This document shows, in pieces, positions 15,489 through 24,499 of a DNA stretch of 26,761 nucleotides. This stretch comes from Candidatus Micrarchaeia archaeon (GTDB lineage: Archaea > Micrarchaeota > Micrarchaeia > Burarchaeales > JACRGF01), in NCBI GenBank assembly GCA_038870455.1, contig JAWCPB010000015.1, positions 1 through 26,761 on the forward strand. Reading direction: 5' to 3'. The translations under genes were made by a program, and so were the position numbers. Position 1 is the stretch's first letter; every line of letters begins with the position of its first letter. Under the pieces are notes generated by a model. The model searched no databases. It was not told where the DNA came from and saw only the letters and a program-made list of their open reading frames with translations.

Positions 15489-16013
15489 TCATTGCGCGTT
15501 AATCTCGACTTTTCCGGCCGCTATGCGTATTTCCTCTGGCGTTATGGTGAAGTGGTGGCGGAAGTACAGCGCGCCGCTGAAGCTCTCGTTGGCCGCGAAC
15601 TGCCTGTTCTCGCCCGCTTCGTTCCTGCACGGCACGGGCGCGAGGTCCGCAGCCCCTCCTTGCGGAATGCTCCTGTTCAGCTTCGTCCATTCAGTTTCCG
15701 GAAGCAGCCGCACGTCGCGCGCCTTGCTCGAGCAGTACAGGCCCGTCACGACGACTTCCCCGGGCAGGGTGTTCTTCACCCTCAGCGCCAGATAGCCGTC
15801 CTTTGAAAGCCTTGCTGAGCATGCGAGGCCTGGCGGCAGCAGGCACTCCCGCGAAGCGTTTTCGTCCGCCAGCGTCGCGTTGGCCCCCGCGCACTCCTCC
15901 AGGCTCTCGGCGAACGAGCCGTTGAGGCATACGAACGCAGCGCCCGCCGGCCCCCCAGCACACCCGAGCAGGGCGACGCCTGCAGCCAAAACAACTATCA
16001 GTCTCTTCATCAT
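15489..16013 (-). CDS. Hypothetical Cys-rich exported protein with lipobox-like signal
   Basis: MMKRLIVVLAAGVALLGC signal/lipobox-like N-terminus, multiple cysteines, beta-rich C-terminal domain. Confidence 0.7.
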   Translation of the reverse strand: MMKRLIVVLAAGVALLGCAGGPAGAAFVCLNGSFAESLEECAGANATLADENASRECLLPPGLACSARLSKDGYLALRVKNTLPGEVVVTGLYCSSKARDVRLLPETEWTKLNRSIPQGGAADLAPVPCRNEAGENRQFAANESFSGALYFRHHFTITPEEIRIAAGKVEINAQ

Positions 16014-16315
16014 TCAACCAGCTCCCCTCTCAGCACGAGGAACATCTCTATCGCTGCTATTATGAGCACTGCTTTGGGAACAACCCACGCGAGCGGAAGC
16101 CCGGCCTGGCGGTTGGCCACCAGCACTCCCTCGACAAAGTTCTCGAACGCGAGCGCGAAGCAGACGAGGATAAGCGCGGCGAGCGAGCGTGCCTCCCTCT
16201 TCCTGGAGAGCGCATCGATGTAGGCGCGCAGCAGCAGCAGGGTGATGACCATCCACAGTACCGCGGAGAGCCACAGCGCGCCCGTAATAATCTCGCTCAC
16301 GCTCACCCTTTGCAA
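16010..16315 (-). CDS. Small hypothetical membrane protein (about 3 TM helices)
   Basis: Three hydrophobic segments and a 4-nt stop/start overlap with the downstream gene. The start codon is uncertain. Confidence 0.65.
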   Translation of the reverse strand: MQRVSVSEIITGALWLSAVLWMVITLLLLRAYIDALSRKREARSLAALILVCFALAFENFVEGVLVANRQAGLPLAWVVPKAVLIIAAIEMFLVLRGELVE

Positions 16316-16352
16316 ACAGGCTTTTTAAAATCTCGCGCCCATCTTCATCCCG

Positions 16353-17615
16353 ATGAAGTCATCCGCCATCCCTGGCTTCTACAAGCTGAGCATCGACGAG
16401 AGAGTCCGGCTGGTGAAGGAGTTCGCCGGCCTGAGCGAGGCCGAGGCCGGCCTGCTGAAGGGATGCGCGCTGCCCGCAGAGACCGCCAACCGCATGATAG
16501 AGAATGTCGTGGGCATTCACGGCCTTCCCCTCGGCATCGCCACCTACTTCACCATAAACGGCAGGGACTGCCTGATTCCAATGGCGCTCGAGGAGCCGAG
16601 CGTGGTCGCCGCGGCCTCGCACGCCGCAAAGCTCGCGAGGGAAGCGGGAGGCTTTCACGCCGAAGCGGGCGAGCCTCTCATGAGCGGGCAGATTCAGCTC
16701 GTGGGGGTTGCAAACGCAGGAAAGGCAGCCGAGGATATTTCGGCGCATGCAGGCGAGCTTCTGGCAAGCCTGCGGGATGTCGATGCGGTTCTTGTGAAAC
16801 ACGGCGGCGGGCCGAGGGAGCTGGGCGCGAGGGTGCTCGAGACGGCGCGTGGGAAGATGGTGGTGGCCGAACTGGTTGTGGATGTGCGCGACGCCATGGG
16901 CGCGAACGCGGTGAACACGATGTGCGAGAAGCTCGCGCCGCGGCTCGAGAAAATAACGGGCGGTCGGGCCAGGCTCCGCATACTCTCAAACCTCGCGGTC
17001 AGGCGGCTTGCGCGGGCGAGCGCCGTGTGGAAAAAAGAGGTCATCGGCGAGGACGCGGTGGAGGGGGTTCTTGATGCCTGGGCGCTCGCCGAGGCCGACT
17101 CTTTCAGGTGCGCCACGCACAACAAGGGCGTGATGAACGGCGTTGACGCGGTGGCGGTTGCCACGGGGAACGACTGGCGCGCGCTCGAGGCGGGCGCGCA
17201 CGCGTACGCGGCGAGAAGCGGGAAATACGCGCCGCTCACCAGGTACGAGAAAGACGGGCAGGGCAATCTCACCGGCTTCATAGAGCTTCCCATCGCGGCC
17301 GGGGTTGTCGGAGGCGCCACGAGAACCCACCCCCTCGCGCAGCTCGCGCTCAAAATCATGGGCGTGGCCACCGCGCGCGAGCTCGCGATGGTGATGGCGT
17401 GCGTCGGCCTTGCGAACAACTTTGCCGCGCTGCGCGCGCTCGTCACCGAAGGCATTCAAAGGGGGCACATGGCGCTGCACGCGCGCAACATCGCGGTCAT
17501 GGCGGGCGCGAAGGGAAGCGAGATCGATGCTGTTGCAGAAGCGCTCGCGGCAGAGGGAAACGTCCGCATCGACAGGGCGAGGGAGGTTCTCGCGCGCTTG
17601 AGGAAGAGGCGGTGA
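16353..17615 (+). CDS. mvaA: Hydroxymethylglutaryl-CoA reductase, class II
   Basis: IPGFYKLS, MIENVVG, PMALEEPSVVAA, DAMGANAVNT, LRILSN, ATHNKG.MNG, ATGNDWRA, EGIQRGHMALHARN. TTTTAAAA promoter at about 16322-16329. Confidence 0.96.
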   Translation: MKSSAIPGFYKLSIDERVRLVKEFAGLSEAEAGLLKGCALPAETANRMIENVVGIHGLPLGIATYFTINGRDCLIPMALEEPSVVAAASHAAKLAREAGGFHAEAGEPLMSGQIQLVGVANAGKAAEDISAHAGELLASLRDVDAVLVKHGGGPRELGARVLETARGKMVVAELVVDVRDAMGANAVNTMCEKLAPRLEKITGGRARLRILSNLAVRRLARASAVWKKEVIGEDAVEGVLDAWALAEADSFRCATHNKGVMNGVDAVAVATGNDWRALEAGAHAYAARSGKYAPLTRYEKDGQGNLTGFIELPIAAGVVGGATRTHPLAQLALKIMGVATARELAMVMACVGLANNFAALRALVTEGIQRGHMALHARNIAVMAGAKGSEIDAVAEALAAEGNVRIDRAREVLARLRKRR

Positions 17616-17617
17616 GC

Positions 17618-19330
17618 GTGGGTCTGCTGGAAAAGCAGGATGTTTTTCTGCTCGCGATAGTCATTGCCTTCGCCTTCGCCATTGTCTTAATTGGTTTCGG
17701 AAAGATTGACGCGCGCACCTACCCCCATCTTCTTCTCATTGAGAGCGGAAGCCGCGCCACGGCCTTTCATGCGACGCTCGCCGCGCTCAAGGAGAGCGCC
17801 GGAGGGGATGGAAAGGCTTTCCTCAAGAGCGCCGCCTCCATGTTGCCCGTTGCGCTCGCTGCCCTATCAACAGCATTCGTTTTTCTCGCGCTCCTGCCAG
17901 CCGGCAGGTTCCACGCTTTTTTCGCGGCCGTGCTGTACGCGTCCTCACCCCTCCTGCTCGCGAGCTCTTCCTCCGGGGTGCTGCTTCCCGAAACGCTCGG
18001 CCTGTTTTTTTCCGCGCTCGCGACCCTCCTGCTTCTCTCCTCGTTCAGGCTGCACGCCGCGCTCGCCCTGCCCGCTGGCTTTTGTGCGCTCGCGGCCGCA
18101 CTCTTCGACCCAGAATTCTTTTACGCCGGCCTCGCGCTGCTTGCCGCGAGCGCGCTCCGGTCCTCCATGGGCGCATCCCGAGGCGAGCCGGTCGTGTCTT
18201 TTCTCCAGCCCCTGTTTTTTCTCCTTCCGCTCGCCTTCGGCGCGCTTGCTCCCCTTCCCCCACTCTCGCTCTTCCGGCTTCCGAGCTCCTGGGCCATCCT
18301 GATGTTTGGTCTCGCAGCATTTCCCACAGCGCGCCTCGGGCGCATTGTTGAAGAGGAGGTTTTCTTCGGCTCGCTCGCGCTCTTCTCCCTCGCGCTGTCA
18401 TCCTATTCCGGCGCGCTCGCGCCCGTGGGCCTCGCGCTCGCGGCGGGATTTGCGGCGGGCTCGACGTTTTCCGCAGAACGCCGGCCGGCCGCCGGGCTGG
18501 TGCTGCTCGCCTTCCTTGTCTTTCTGTCGGTTCTCACCGCCTTTATCGACCCGGCGCGCTCGCTCGCCTTCTCTTTTGTTCTCGCAGCCCTGGTCGCTCT
18601 CGTGGCGTGGATGTACAGGGAGAAGAGGGCGCTGGCAGCCGCGGCTTTCTACGCCGTTTCCCTGGCCGTGCTGCTCGCGCTCTCCCACGGCCTCCTCGCC
18701 GCCCAGTTCTCCAAGCAGGATGTGGGGCCGGACACAAGAGCCGCGATTGCCTGGGCTTCCAACCTGCCTGCCGGTGCCACCGTCGCGCTGTGGGGCGACG
18801 AAGCTGCTTTTGAGTTTGAGAGCGGCCTGCGCGTGCTCGGGGACAAGCCCGCGCTGGCGAGGTACTTGCTGTCGAACGCGAGCGCTGCCGAGCTAGCAGG
18901 AGCGGGCGTCAGCCACATCATCATTCCCTTCAGCGTGTTCGACGACTTCGGCGTGCTGCGCGAGGCGGCAGGCTCGCCCGCGCGCATCGATGCCTTCGCC
19001 CCCACCGGCAGGTACACGCAGGACCTCCTTTATGCTGAGTTCTCTTCTTCAAGTGGTAGAATGTTTTATCCCACAGACCCTGACACGGGCAACCTCATCG
19101 AGGGCGAGGCCATCCTCGAGGCTGGCGGGGGCATTCCGACCGGGCGGCTGCTCCTGCTCAAGGCATCCAACGCGAGCGGGTTCGCCTCTTCCGACAGGTT
19201 CGTCTATCCCCGCTCGGGCCTGGAGGCGAACCTGCTTAAGCTCTTCTTTCCAGAGAACTTCGGCAGGGCTGCCGGCGTGAGGGAGCGCGCCCGGGAAAAC
19301 GGTCTGCTCGTGCTCGAGGTGGCTGGATGA
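17618..19330 (+). CDS. Multi-pass membrane protein with C-terminal soluble domain; degenerate STT3/AglB (GT-C)-like
   Basis: Roughly a dozen hydrophobic segments followed by 'AAIAWASNLPAGATVALWGDEA' and 'GVSHIII', paralleling STT3 'AL.WL..NTP....V.SWWDYG' and 'GV.YV.V'. Start is GTG at 17612 or 17618. The family call is tentative. Confidence 0.6.
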   Translation: MGLLEKQDVFLLAIVIAFAFAIVLIGFGKIDARTYPHLLLIESGSRATAFHATLAALKESAGGDGKAFLKSAASMLPVALAALSTAFVFLALLPAGRFHAFFAAVLYASSPLLLASSSSGVLLPETLGLFFSALATLLLLSSFRLHAALALPAGFCALAAALFDPEFFYAGLALLAASALRSSMGASRGEPVVSFLQPLFFLLPLAFGALAPLPPLSLFRLPSSWAILMFGLAAFPTARLGRIVEEEVFFGSLALFSLALSSYSGALAPVGLALAAGFAAGSTFSAERRPAAGLVLLAFLVFLSVLTAFIDPARSLAFSFVLAALVALVAWMYREKRALAAAAFYAVSLAVLLALSHGLLAAQFSKQDVGPDTRAAIAWASNLPAGATVALWGDEAAFEFESGLRVLGDKPALARYLLSNASAAELAGAGVSHIIIPFSVFDDFGVLREAAGSPARIDAFAPTGRYTQDLLYAEFSSSSGRMFYPTDPDTGNLIEGEAILEAGGGIPTGRLLLLKASNASGFASSDRFVYPRSGLEANLLKLFFPENFGRAAGVRERARENGLLVLEVAG

Positions 19331-20346
19331 AACTCGACTTCGGCGTTTCGCTGCTGGTCGTGTTTGCGCTCGCTTTCGCGAGCGTTTTCCTAGTCACGCC
19401 CGTGCTCGCGCGGAAAATAGCAGCGGCGGGATTTCTCGCGCCGGACCTCAACAAGCGCGGCAGGCCGCGCGTTCCAAAAATAGGGGGCGTTGCGGTCATC
19501 CTGGGCTTCTGCCTCGCCGCGCTGCTCTCGCTGCAGCTGTCCACCCAACTCCTCAACATTCCCATCATGCTCGCGAGCATCGCCACGGTGCTCCTCATTT
19601 CGCTGCTCGGCCTTCTTGACGACATCCTGCGCATCCGCGATGTTTGGCGCGTGGTTCTGCCCGCGTTCGCCGCGCTGCCTCTCATGGTGGTCAAGGCCGG
19701 CACGAGCATGATCACCATCCCCCTCATCGGCCCGGTGCAGACCGACCTCGGTGTTGTCGTGCTGCCGCTGCTCGGGCCGGTCAATCTTAACCTCTACGTC
19801 CTGCTCCTCATCCCGGTCGGCGTCGTCGCCTCCAGCAACCTCATCAACCTGCTGGCGGGCTTCAATGGGCTTGAGGCGGGAAGCGGAGCGATCGTGTCCG
19901 CCTCCCTGCTGGCCACCCTGCTTCTCCTCCCCGCCAACCCGGGCACGGCCGCTGCGGGTTTTCTGCTCGCAGCCCTCCTCGGCGCGTGCCTTGCCTTCCT
20001 GGTCTTCAACTGGTTTCCCGCAAAGGTTTTTCCCGGCAACGCGCTCACCTACGCGATCGGCGCTGTCATCGTGGCCGCGGTTGTCTCTGCAAACTTCGAG
20101 CGCGCGGGCGTCATCGCGCTCACCCCGCAAATCATTGAATTCTTTCTCAAGGCGCGCTCGCGCTTCCAGGCCGAGAACTTCGGCACGCCCGACAGGGCCG
20201 GCAGGCTTCGCTACGGCGGGAAAATCTGCTCACTCACGCACCTCGCCATGAGGCTGCTCAGGCCCACCGAGCCGCAGCTCGTGGCGATTCTCCTGCTGGT
20301 GCAGGCGCTTTTCGGCGCTCTCGCCGTGGCCAGCGTGCTGCTCTAG
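19327..20346 (+). CDS. UDP-GlcNAc:polyprenyl/dolichyl-phosphate GlcNAc-1-phosphotransferase (Glycos_transf_4, AglH/DPAGT1-like)
   Basis: DLNK, PKIGG, LGLLDD, SNLINLLAGFNGLEAG, FNWFPAKVFPGN.LTY.IG, and EFFLKAR. Confidence 0.9.
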   Translation: MKLDFGVSLLVVFALAFASVFLVTPVLARKIAAAGFLAPDLNKRGRPRVPKIGGVAVILGFCLAALLSLQLSTQLLNIPIMLASIATVLLISLLGLLDDILRIRDVWRVVLPAFAALPLMVVKAGTSMITIPLIGPVQTDLGVVVLPLLGPVNLNLYVLLLIPVGVVASSNLINLLAGFNGLEAGSGAIVSASLLATLLLLPANPGTAAAGFLLAALLGACLAFLVFNWFPAKVFPGNALTYAIGAVIVAAVVSANFERAGVIALTPQIIEFFLKARSRFQAENFGTPDRAGRLRYGGKICSLTHLAMRLLRPTEPQLVAILLLVQALFGALAVASVLL

Positions 20347-21059
20347 CCCTCGCGCCCGCGCGTCACCAAATCGATGATGCTTATCATCTGGTTGAGGTAC
20401 TCGTAGTCGTGGATGCGGCCTATATCCATCCAGTACTCGTCGAAAACATAGCCGCACACGCGCCGCTTCGCCGCGAGCATCGCCGGAAAAACGTCTTTGG
20501 CAAAGTCTTTCCCGGGAGCGATGAAGGCAAACACCTCGGGCTCGAGCACGTACACGCCCGCGTTGATGAGGTTCGTCACGATGGGCTTTTCCTCGAACTT
20601 GGTTATGCAGCCTTCCTCGTCTATCTCGGCTATTCCATACTCGAGCGGCGTTCCCTGTCTCTTGAGCCCGAGCGTGGCCACCGCCTTTTTCTCCTTATGC
20701 CATTCAACCATCCTGCGCAGGTTTATGGTGGTCAGATGGTCGCCCATGACCACCACGAACGTCTCCCTTACCTTTCCCCTCGCAGCATACAGTGAGCCCG
20801 CCGTGTTCATGGGCCTCTTCTCCTCAAGGTAAGAGATGCGCACGCCCCACCTGCTGCCATCGCCGAAATGCTCGCGAATGCGCTCGCCGAGATAGCCTAT
20901 GGTGAGCGTGATGTCGGTTATGCCGTTCGCCCGCAGGTTGTCCAACACGAACTCGAGAATGGGCCTCTTGCCGAGCGGCAGCATGGGCTTCGGAATGCTG
21001 TAGGTATAGGGCCGCAGCCGTGTGCCCTCCCCTCCGCACAACACGAAAGCCTTCGTCAT
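20343..21059 (-). CDS. NDP-sugar pyrophosphorylase (nucleotidyltransferase, mannose-1-phosphate guanylyltransferase-like)
   Basis: Start MTKAFVLCGGEGTRLRPYT..PKPMLP, MGD, FEEKP, NAGVY, and YWMDIG. Confidence 0.93.
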   Translation of the reverse strand: MTKAFVLCGGEGTRLRPYTYSIPKPMLPLGKRPILEFVLDNLRANGITDITLTIGYLGERIREHFGDGSRWGVRISYLEEKRPMNTAGSLYAARGKVRETFVVVMGDHLTTINLRRMVEWHKEKKAVATLGLKRQGTPLEYGIAEIDEEGCITKFEEKPIVTNLINAGVYVLEPEVFAFIAPGKDFAKDVFPAMLAAKRRVCGYVFDEYWMDIGRIHDYEYLNQMISIIDLVTRGREG

Positions 21060-21063
21060 TCTC

Positions 21064-21810
21064 TCAAGCCCTCTCTCTGCCGCATCCACCGCCCGTGAAC
21101 ACAAATCCCTGCACGAGGCCTGCCCTCGCAAGATTCGGCAGTACTTCGCGCTCGAGCGAACCGCTCTTGGGCAGAAACTCGAAAATCTTCGGCTCGAGCA
21201 CGTACACGCCGGCGTTCACCAGCCTGCTCGGCTCTTTTCCCGGCGAAGGTTTTTCCACAAAGCCCTTGACGCGCAGTCCCTCAAGCTCAACCGCGCCATA
21301 CCGCGAGGCGTTCTTTACTTCGGTCAGCGCCATCGTGGCCACGGGTTTCTCTCTGGCGTGCTGGGCGAGCATGCTCGCCAGGCTGAAGTTGCACAGCGTG
21401 TCGGCGTACAGCAGGAGGAAAGTGTTTTTCACAAGCCCTCGTGCGAGCGCCAGCGCGCCGGCTGTGCCGAGTGGTTTCTCCTCGAAAAGGAATCTGAGGC
21501 TTGGCACAACATCGCCCGCGCTTTCGGCCAGCGGGCTGTTCCCCACGACAACGACCTCTTGCACGCCGAACCCGCCAAGCCAATTTAGGATGCGTGACAG
21601 CAACGTTCTCTTTCTGCTCGACGCTCTGGCGCTCTTTCCACCCGCCAGCACGACCGCCGTGGTCGGCGTGTCCTCGGCGAGCGCCGTCCTGAGAAGCATC
21701 TCTATGGCGTGCGAGCGCGACTTGACCCTCTCTCCATCCACCATGGCGTCCACGCGCGCCAACAGCTCGGGATGGATGCTGATGGCGACCTTGCCCTTCA
21801 TTTGTTTCAT
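21064..21810 (-). CDS. Ribbon-helix-helix (CopG/NikR-like) domain fused to a degenerate nucleotidyltransferase domain
   Basis: N-terminal KVAISIHPELLARVDAMVDGERVKSRSHAIEMLL, then AVVLAGG, EEKPLGTAGAL, YAD, RYG, FVEKP, VNAGVY. Lacks GxGTR..P.T...PKP and W.D.G. Confidence 0.82.
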   Translation of the reverse strand: MKQMKGKVAISIHPELLARVDAMVDGERVKSRSHAIEMLLRTALAEDTPTTAVVLAGGKSARASSRKRTLLSRILNWLGGFGVQEVVVVGNSPLAESAGDVVPSLRFLFEEKPLGTAGALALARGLVKNTFLLLYADTLCNFSLASMLAQHAREKPVATMALTEVKNASRYGAVELEGLRVKGFVEKPSPGKEPSRLVNAGVYVLEPKIFEFLPKSGSLEREVLPNLARAGLVQGFVFTGGGCGRERA

Positions 21811-21839
21811 ACTATTTCATACTTTTGGAAAGAAGGTTT

Positions 21840-23183
21840 TTAAAGAAGCCTCCTCACTCTTCCCGCCCATTCCTGCATGAGCGCGACAGCCTTCTCCTCG
21901 CTCTTCGCTTCCGCAAACACCCTTATGTAGTTCTCTGTGCCGGACGCGCGCGCGATCACCCACTCGTCCTTCAAATCGAGCCTCGCGCCGTCTATCGTTG
22001 TGAGCCTGCCCAGCCCCCGCATCTCCTCGGAAATGCGCGCGATGATCCCGGCCTTCTTCTCAGGGGGCACCTCGATTTTTGTCTTTGCGTTGTAATACCG
22101 CGGCACCTCAGCGACCAGCGTCGACAGCCTTTTTCCTTCCACAGCCATCCTCTCGACGACTTTCGCCGCGCTGTAGAAGCCGTCTTTTCCCCAGCTGTGC
22201 TCTGGCCATATCACCCCGCCGACCTCCTCGCCGCCGATTTCCGCGCCGATCTCGCGCATTCTCTCGCTTATGTACGGCGCGCCCACCCTGCAGTAGGTGA
22301 CCTTCTGGCCAAATTTTTTCGCAATGTCCTCGACCGCCCTCGTTGTTGAGACTGTCGAGACGACGGGCCCCCTCTTCTTCTCCAGCTTTATGCGCGCGCA
22401 CAGCGCGAAAACCCTGTCTCCGATGACGTAGCCGCCGCGCTCATCGACCATGACGACCCTGTCGCAGTCGCCGTCCCACGCCATGCCGGCATCCGCACCC
22501 ACCTCCCTTACAGACCTAACTAAGTCCTGTACGTTCGCCTCCGTGGGCTCGCTGTTCCTCCCGGGGAAAAACCCGTCCGGATGCGCGTTCAGCGTCTCAA
22601 CCTCACAGCCGAGCGCGCGGAACAGCCTTGGCCCGACCTCACACGCCGTGCCGTTCGCGCAGTCCAGAATGACGCGCAGCCCCGCTCTCGCAATCCTCTT
22701 CGCATCAACACCCGCAGCCACCGCGCCGATGTAATCGCCTTTCGCGCTCGCATCCGCTCTCTCGCCTCCAACCTCCTTCCACTCGACTCGTTTTCTCTTT
22801 CCCTCAAAAATTCTCTCTATCTCCTCCCCCCGCTCTCTCGAGACTGCCATGCCCTGCCCATCCACGAACTTGAGCGCGTTCCACTCGGGCGGGTTGTGCG
22901 AGGCCGTGATGATGACCGCGCCGGCCGTGCCTCCCTGCCTCACCCTCCACTCCACGAGGGGCGATGGCACAACACCGAGCCTCACAACGTCGTTGCCCGC
23001 GCTCAGCACGCCTGCCAGCACGGCATGCTCGAGCACCTCGCCCGTCACTCTCGTGTCCCTCGCAACCAGGAGTGTGCCGTCGCCGGCCCACTCGGCAAAC
23101 GCGTTGCAAAGGCCGGCCACAAAATCGGGCGTCAGCTCGCCATAAAGCCTTCTCACGCCGTTCGTGCCGAAGTATTTTGCCAT
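21840..23183 (-). CDS. Phosphohexomutase (phosphomannomutase/phosphoglucomutase/phosphoglucosamine mutase family)
   Basis: True start MAKYFGTNGVR at 23183. ITASHNP (phosphoserine), WDGDCDR (metal binding), GGEEVGG, RASGTE. Confidence 0.95.
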   Translation of the reverse strand: MAKYFGTNGVRRLYGELTPDFVAGLCNAFAEWAGDGTLLVARDTRVTGEVLEHAVLAGVLSAGNDVVRLGVVPSPLVEWRVRQGGTAGAVIITASHNPPEWNALKFVDGQGMAVSRERGEEIERIFEGKRKRVEWKEVGGERADASAKGDYIGAVAAGVDAKRIARAGLRVILDCANGTACEVGPRLFRALGCEVETLNAHPDGFFPGRNSEPTEANVQDLVRSVREVGADAGMAWDGDCDRVVMVDERGGYVIGDRVFALCARIKLEKKRGPVVSTVSTTRAVEDIAKKFGQKVTYCRVGAPYISERMREIGAEIGGEEVGGVIWPEHSWGKDGFYSAAKVVERMAVEGKRLSTLVAEVPRYYNAKTKIEVPPEKKAGIIARISEEMRGLGRLTTIDGARLDLKDEWVIARASGTENYIRVFAEAKSEEKAVALMQEWAGRVRRLL

Positions 23184-23234
23184 CACTATGCCTATGCAAA
23201 CAACCTTTTTATGCCTGAGCGAGACAATTCCACC

Positions 23235-23582
23235 ATGACCGAGCTGCTCAGGAAAATAAGGAATTTTCTTGCCGAACAGTGGTGGAGGTTCCTCATCGGC
23301 ATCTCCTTCCTCACCCTCATCAACTTTATCCTGCTCGTGCTCACGGCCAGCGACAAGCTCAAGGCGCTTACGGGTGTGCGCTTCACCGCAGAGGTTGTGC
23401 TTCTCCTCGTTCCGCTCGCCATCATCGCGGTGTGGCTGTGGGGGCTCATTCTCGAGAAGTACATCAAATTCCCGCAGCAGCAGGAGAGGGAGGCATGGAA
23501 GCGAAGCCCCATCTGGCAGGAGACTCACCGCAAGCTCGATGAAATACTGGCCAGGCTCGAAAGGCTGGAGAGAAGGCGATGA
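23235..23582 (+). CDS. Small hypothetical membrane protein (2 TM helices plus C-terminal coiled coil)
   Basis: MTELLRKIRNFLAEQWWRFLIGISFLTLINF... with TTTTTATG upstream at about 23206-23213 and an ATGA overlap with the next gene. Confidence 0.75.
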   Translation: MTELLRKIRNFLAEQWWRFLIGISFLTLINFILLVLTASDKLKALTGVRFTAEVVLLLVPLAIIAVWLWGLILEKYIKFPQQQEREAWKRSPIWQETHRKLDEILARLERLERRR

Positions 23583-24499
23583 GAATCCTTGTGACAGGCG
23601 GAGCCGGCTTCATAGGCTCGCACCTGTGCGAATTCCTCTCGAAAAAGCATGAGGTGTGGTGCCTTGACAGCCTGCTCACTGGCAGTAGGAAGAACATTGC
23701 GGGCCTCAACATTCATTTCATCCGTCATGATATCGCGCGGCCCCTTCCCCGCAACATTCCCTCTCCCCAGCTCATCTTCAACCTCGCCTCGCCCGCCAGT
23801 CCGAAGGACTACCAAGAACATCCGATCGAAACACTTCTCGCAAATGCTTTCGGCGTAAAAAACGTTCTCGACTACGCCCTTTCCTGCGGCGCCCGCGTGC
23901 TGCACGCCAGCACGAGCGAGGTGTACGGAGACCCGCTGCAGCATCCGCAGACCGAAAGTTACTGGGGGAACGTGAATCCCATCGGCCCGCGCTCGTGCTA
24001 TGATGAGGGCAAGCGCTTTGCCGAAGCGCTGTGCATGGCCTACCACAGGGAGAAAAGGGCGGACGTGGTCATCGCGCGCATCTTCAACACCTACGGCCCA
24101 CGCATGAGGCCCGGCGACGGCCGTGTGGTGCCGAACTTTATTGTTCAGGCGCTCGCTGGCCAGCCTCTCACAATTTACGGAAGCGGGAGGCAGACGCGCT
24201 CCTTCTGCTATGCGAAGGACATGGCCGAGGGGCTCGCCAAGCTCGCTTTCAGCAAATTTAGCGGGGAAGTTTTCAACATTGGGAATCCAAAAGAGTATTC
24301 CATGCTCGAGCTCGCACGAATAGTTATTGAAGAGACAGGCTCCAAATCGAAAATCATCTATAAGCCGCTTCCGGCAGACGACCCGAGGAGGAGAAAGCCC
24401 GACATCACAAAAATAACGCGCGCGGTGGAATGGAGGCCCACCACATCTTTGAGGGCAGGGCTGCGCGCCACCATAGCGTGGTTCAAAGAGAGGGTGTGA
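23579..24499 (+). CDS. UDP-glucuronic acid decarboxylase (UDP-xylose synthase)-like extended SDR
   Basis: TGGAGFIGSHL, LASPASP, ASTSEVYGDP, YWGNVNPIGPRSCYDEGKR, RIFNTYGPRM, QTRSFCY, DDPRRRKPDI. Confidence 0.93.
   Translation: MRILVTGGAGFIGSHLCEFLSKKHEVWCLDSLLTGSRKNIAGLNIHFIRHDIARPLPRNIPSPQLIFNLASPASPKDYQEHPIETLLANAFGVKNVLDYALSCGARVLHASTSEVYGDPLQHPQTESYWGNVNPIGPRSCYDEGKRFAEALCMAYHREKRADVVIARIFNTYGPRMRPGDGRVVPNFIVQALAGQPLTIYGSGRQTRSFCYAKDMAEGLAKLAFSKFSGEVFNIGNPKEYSMLELARIVIEETGSKSKIIYKPLPADDPRRRKPDITKITRAVEWRPTTSLRAGLRATIAWFKERV

Noticed and set aside
15337-15806. Plus-strand ORFs 15337-15795 and 15414-15806
   Set aside because: They overlap the 5S rRNA and run antisense to the exported-protein gene, with no protein-like features.
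21057-21100. Possible frameshift fusion of the RHH-nucleotidyltransferase to the downstream nucleotidyltransferase
   Set aside because: An open alternate frame runs into the downstream ATG, but no slippery sequence is evident and the downstream gene has a complete N-terminus of its own. It cannot be supported without reads.
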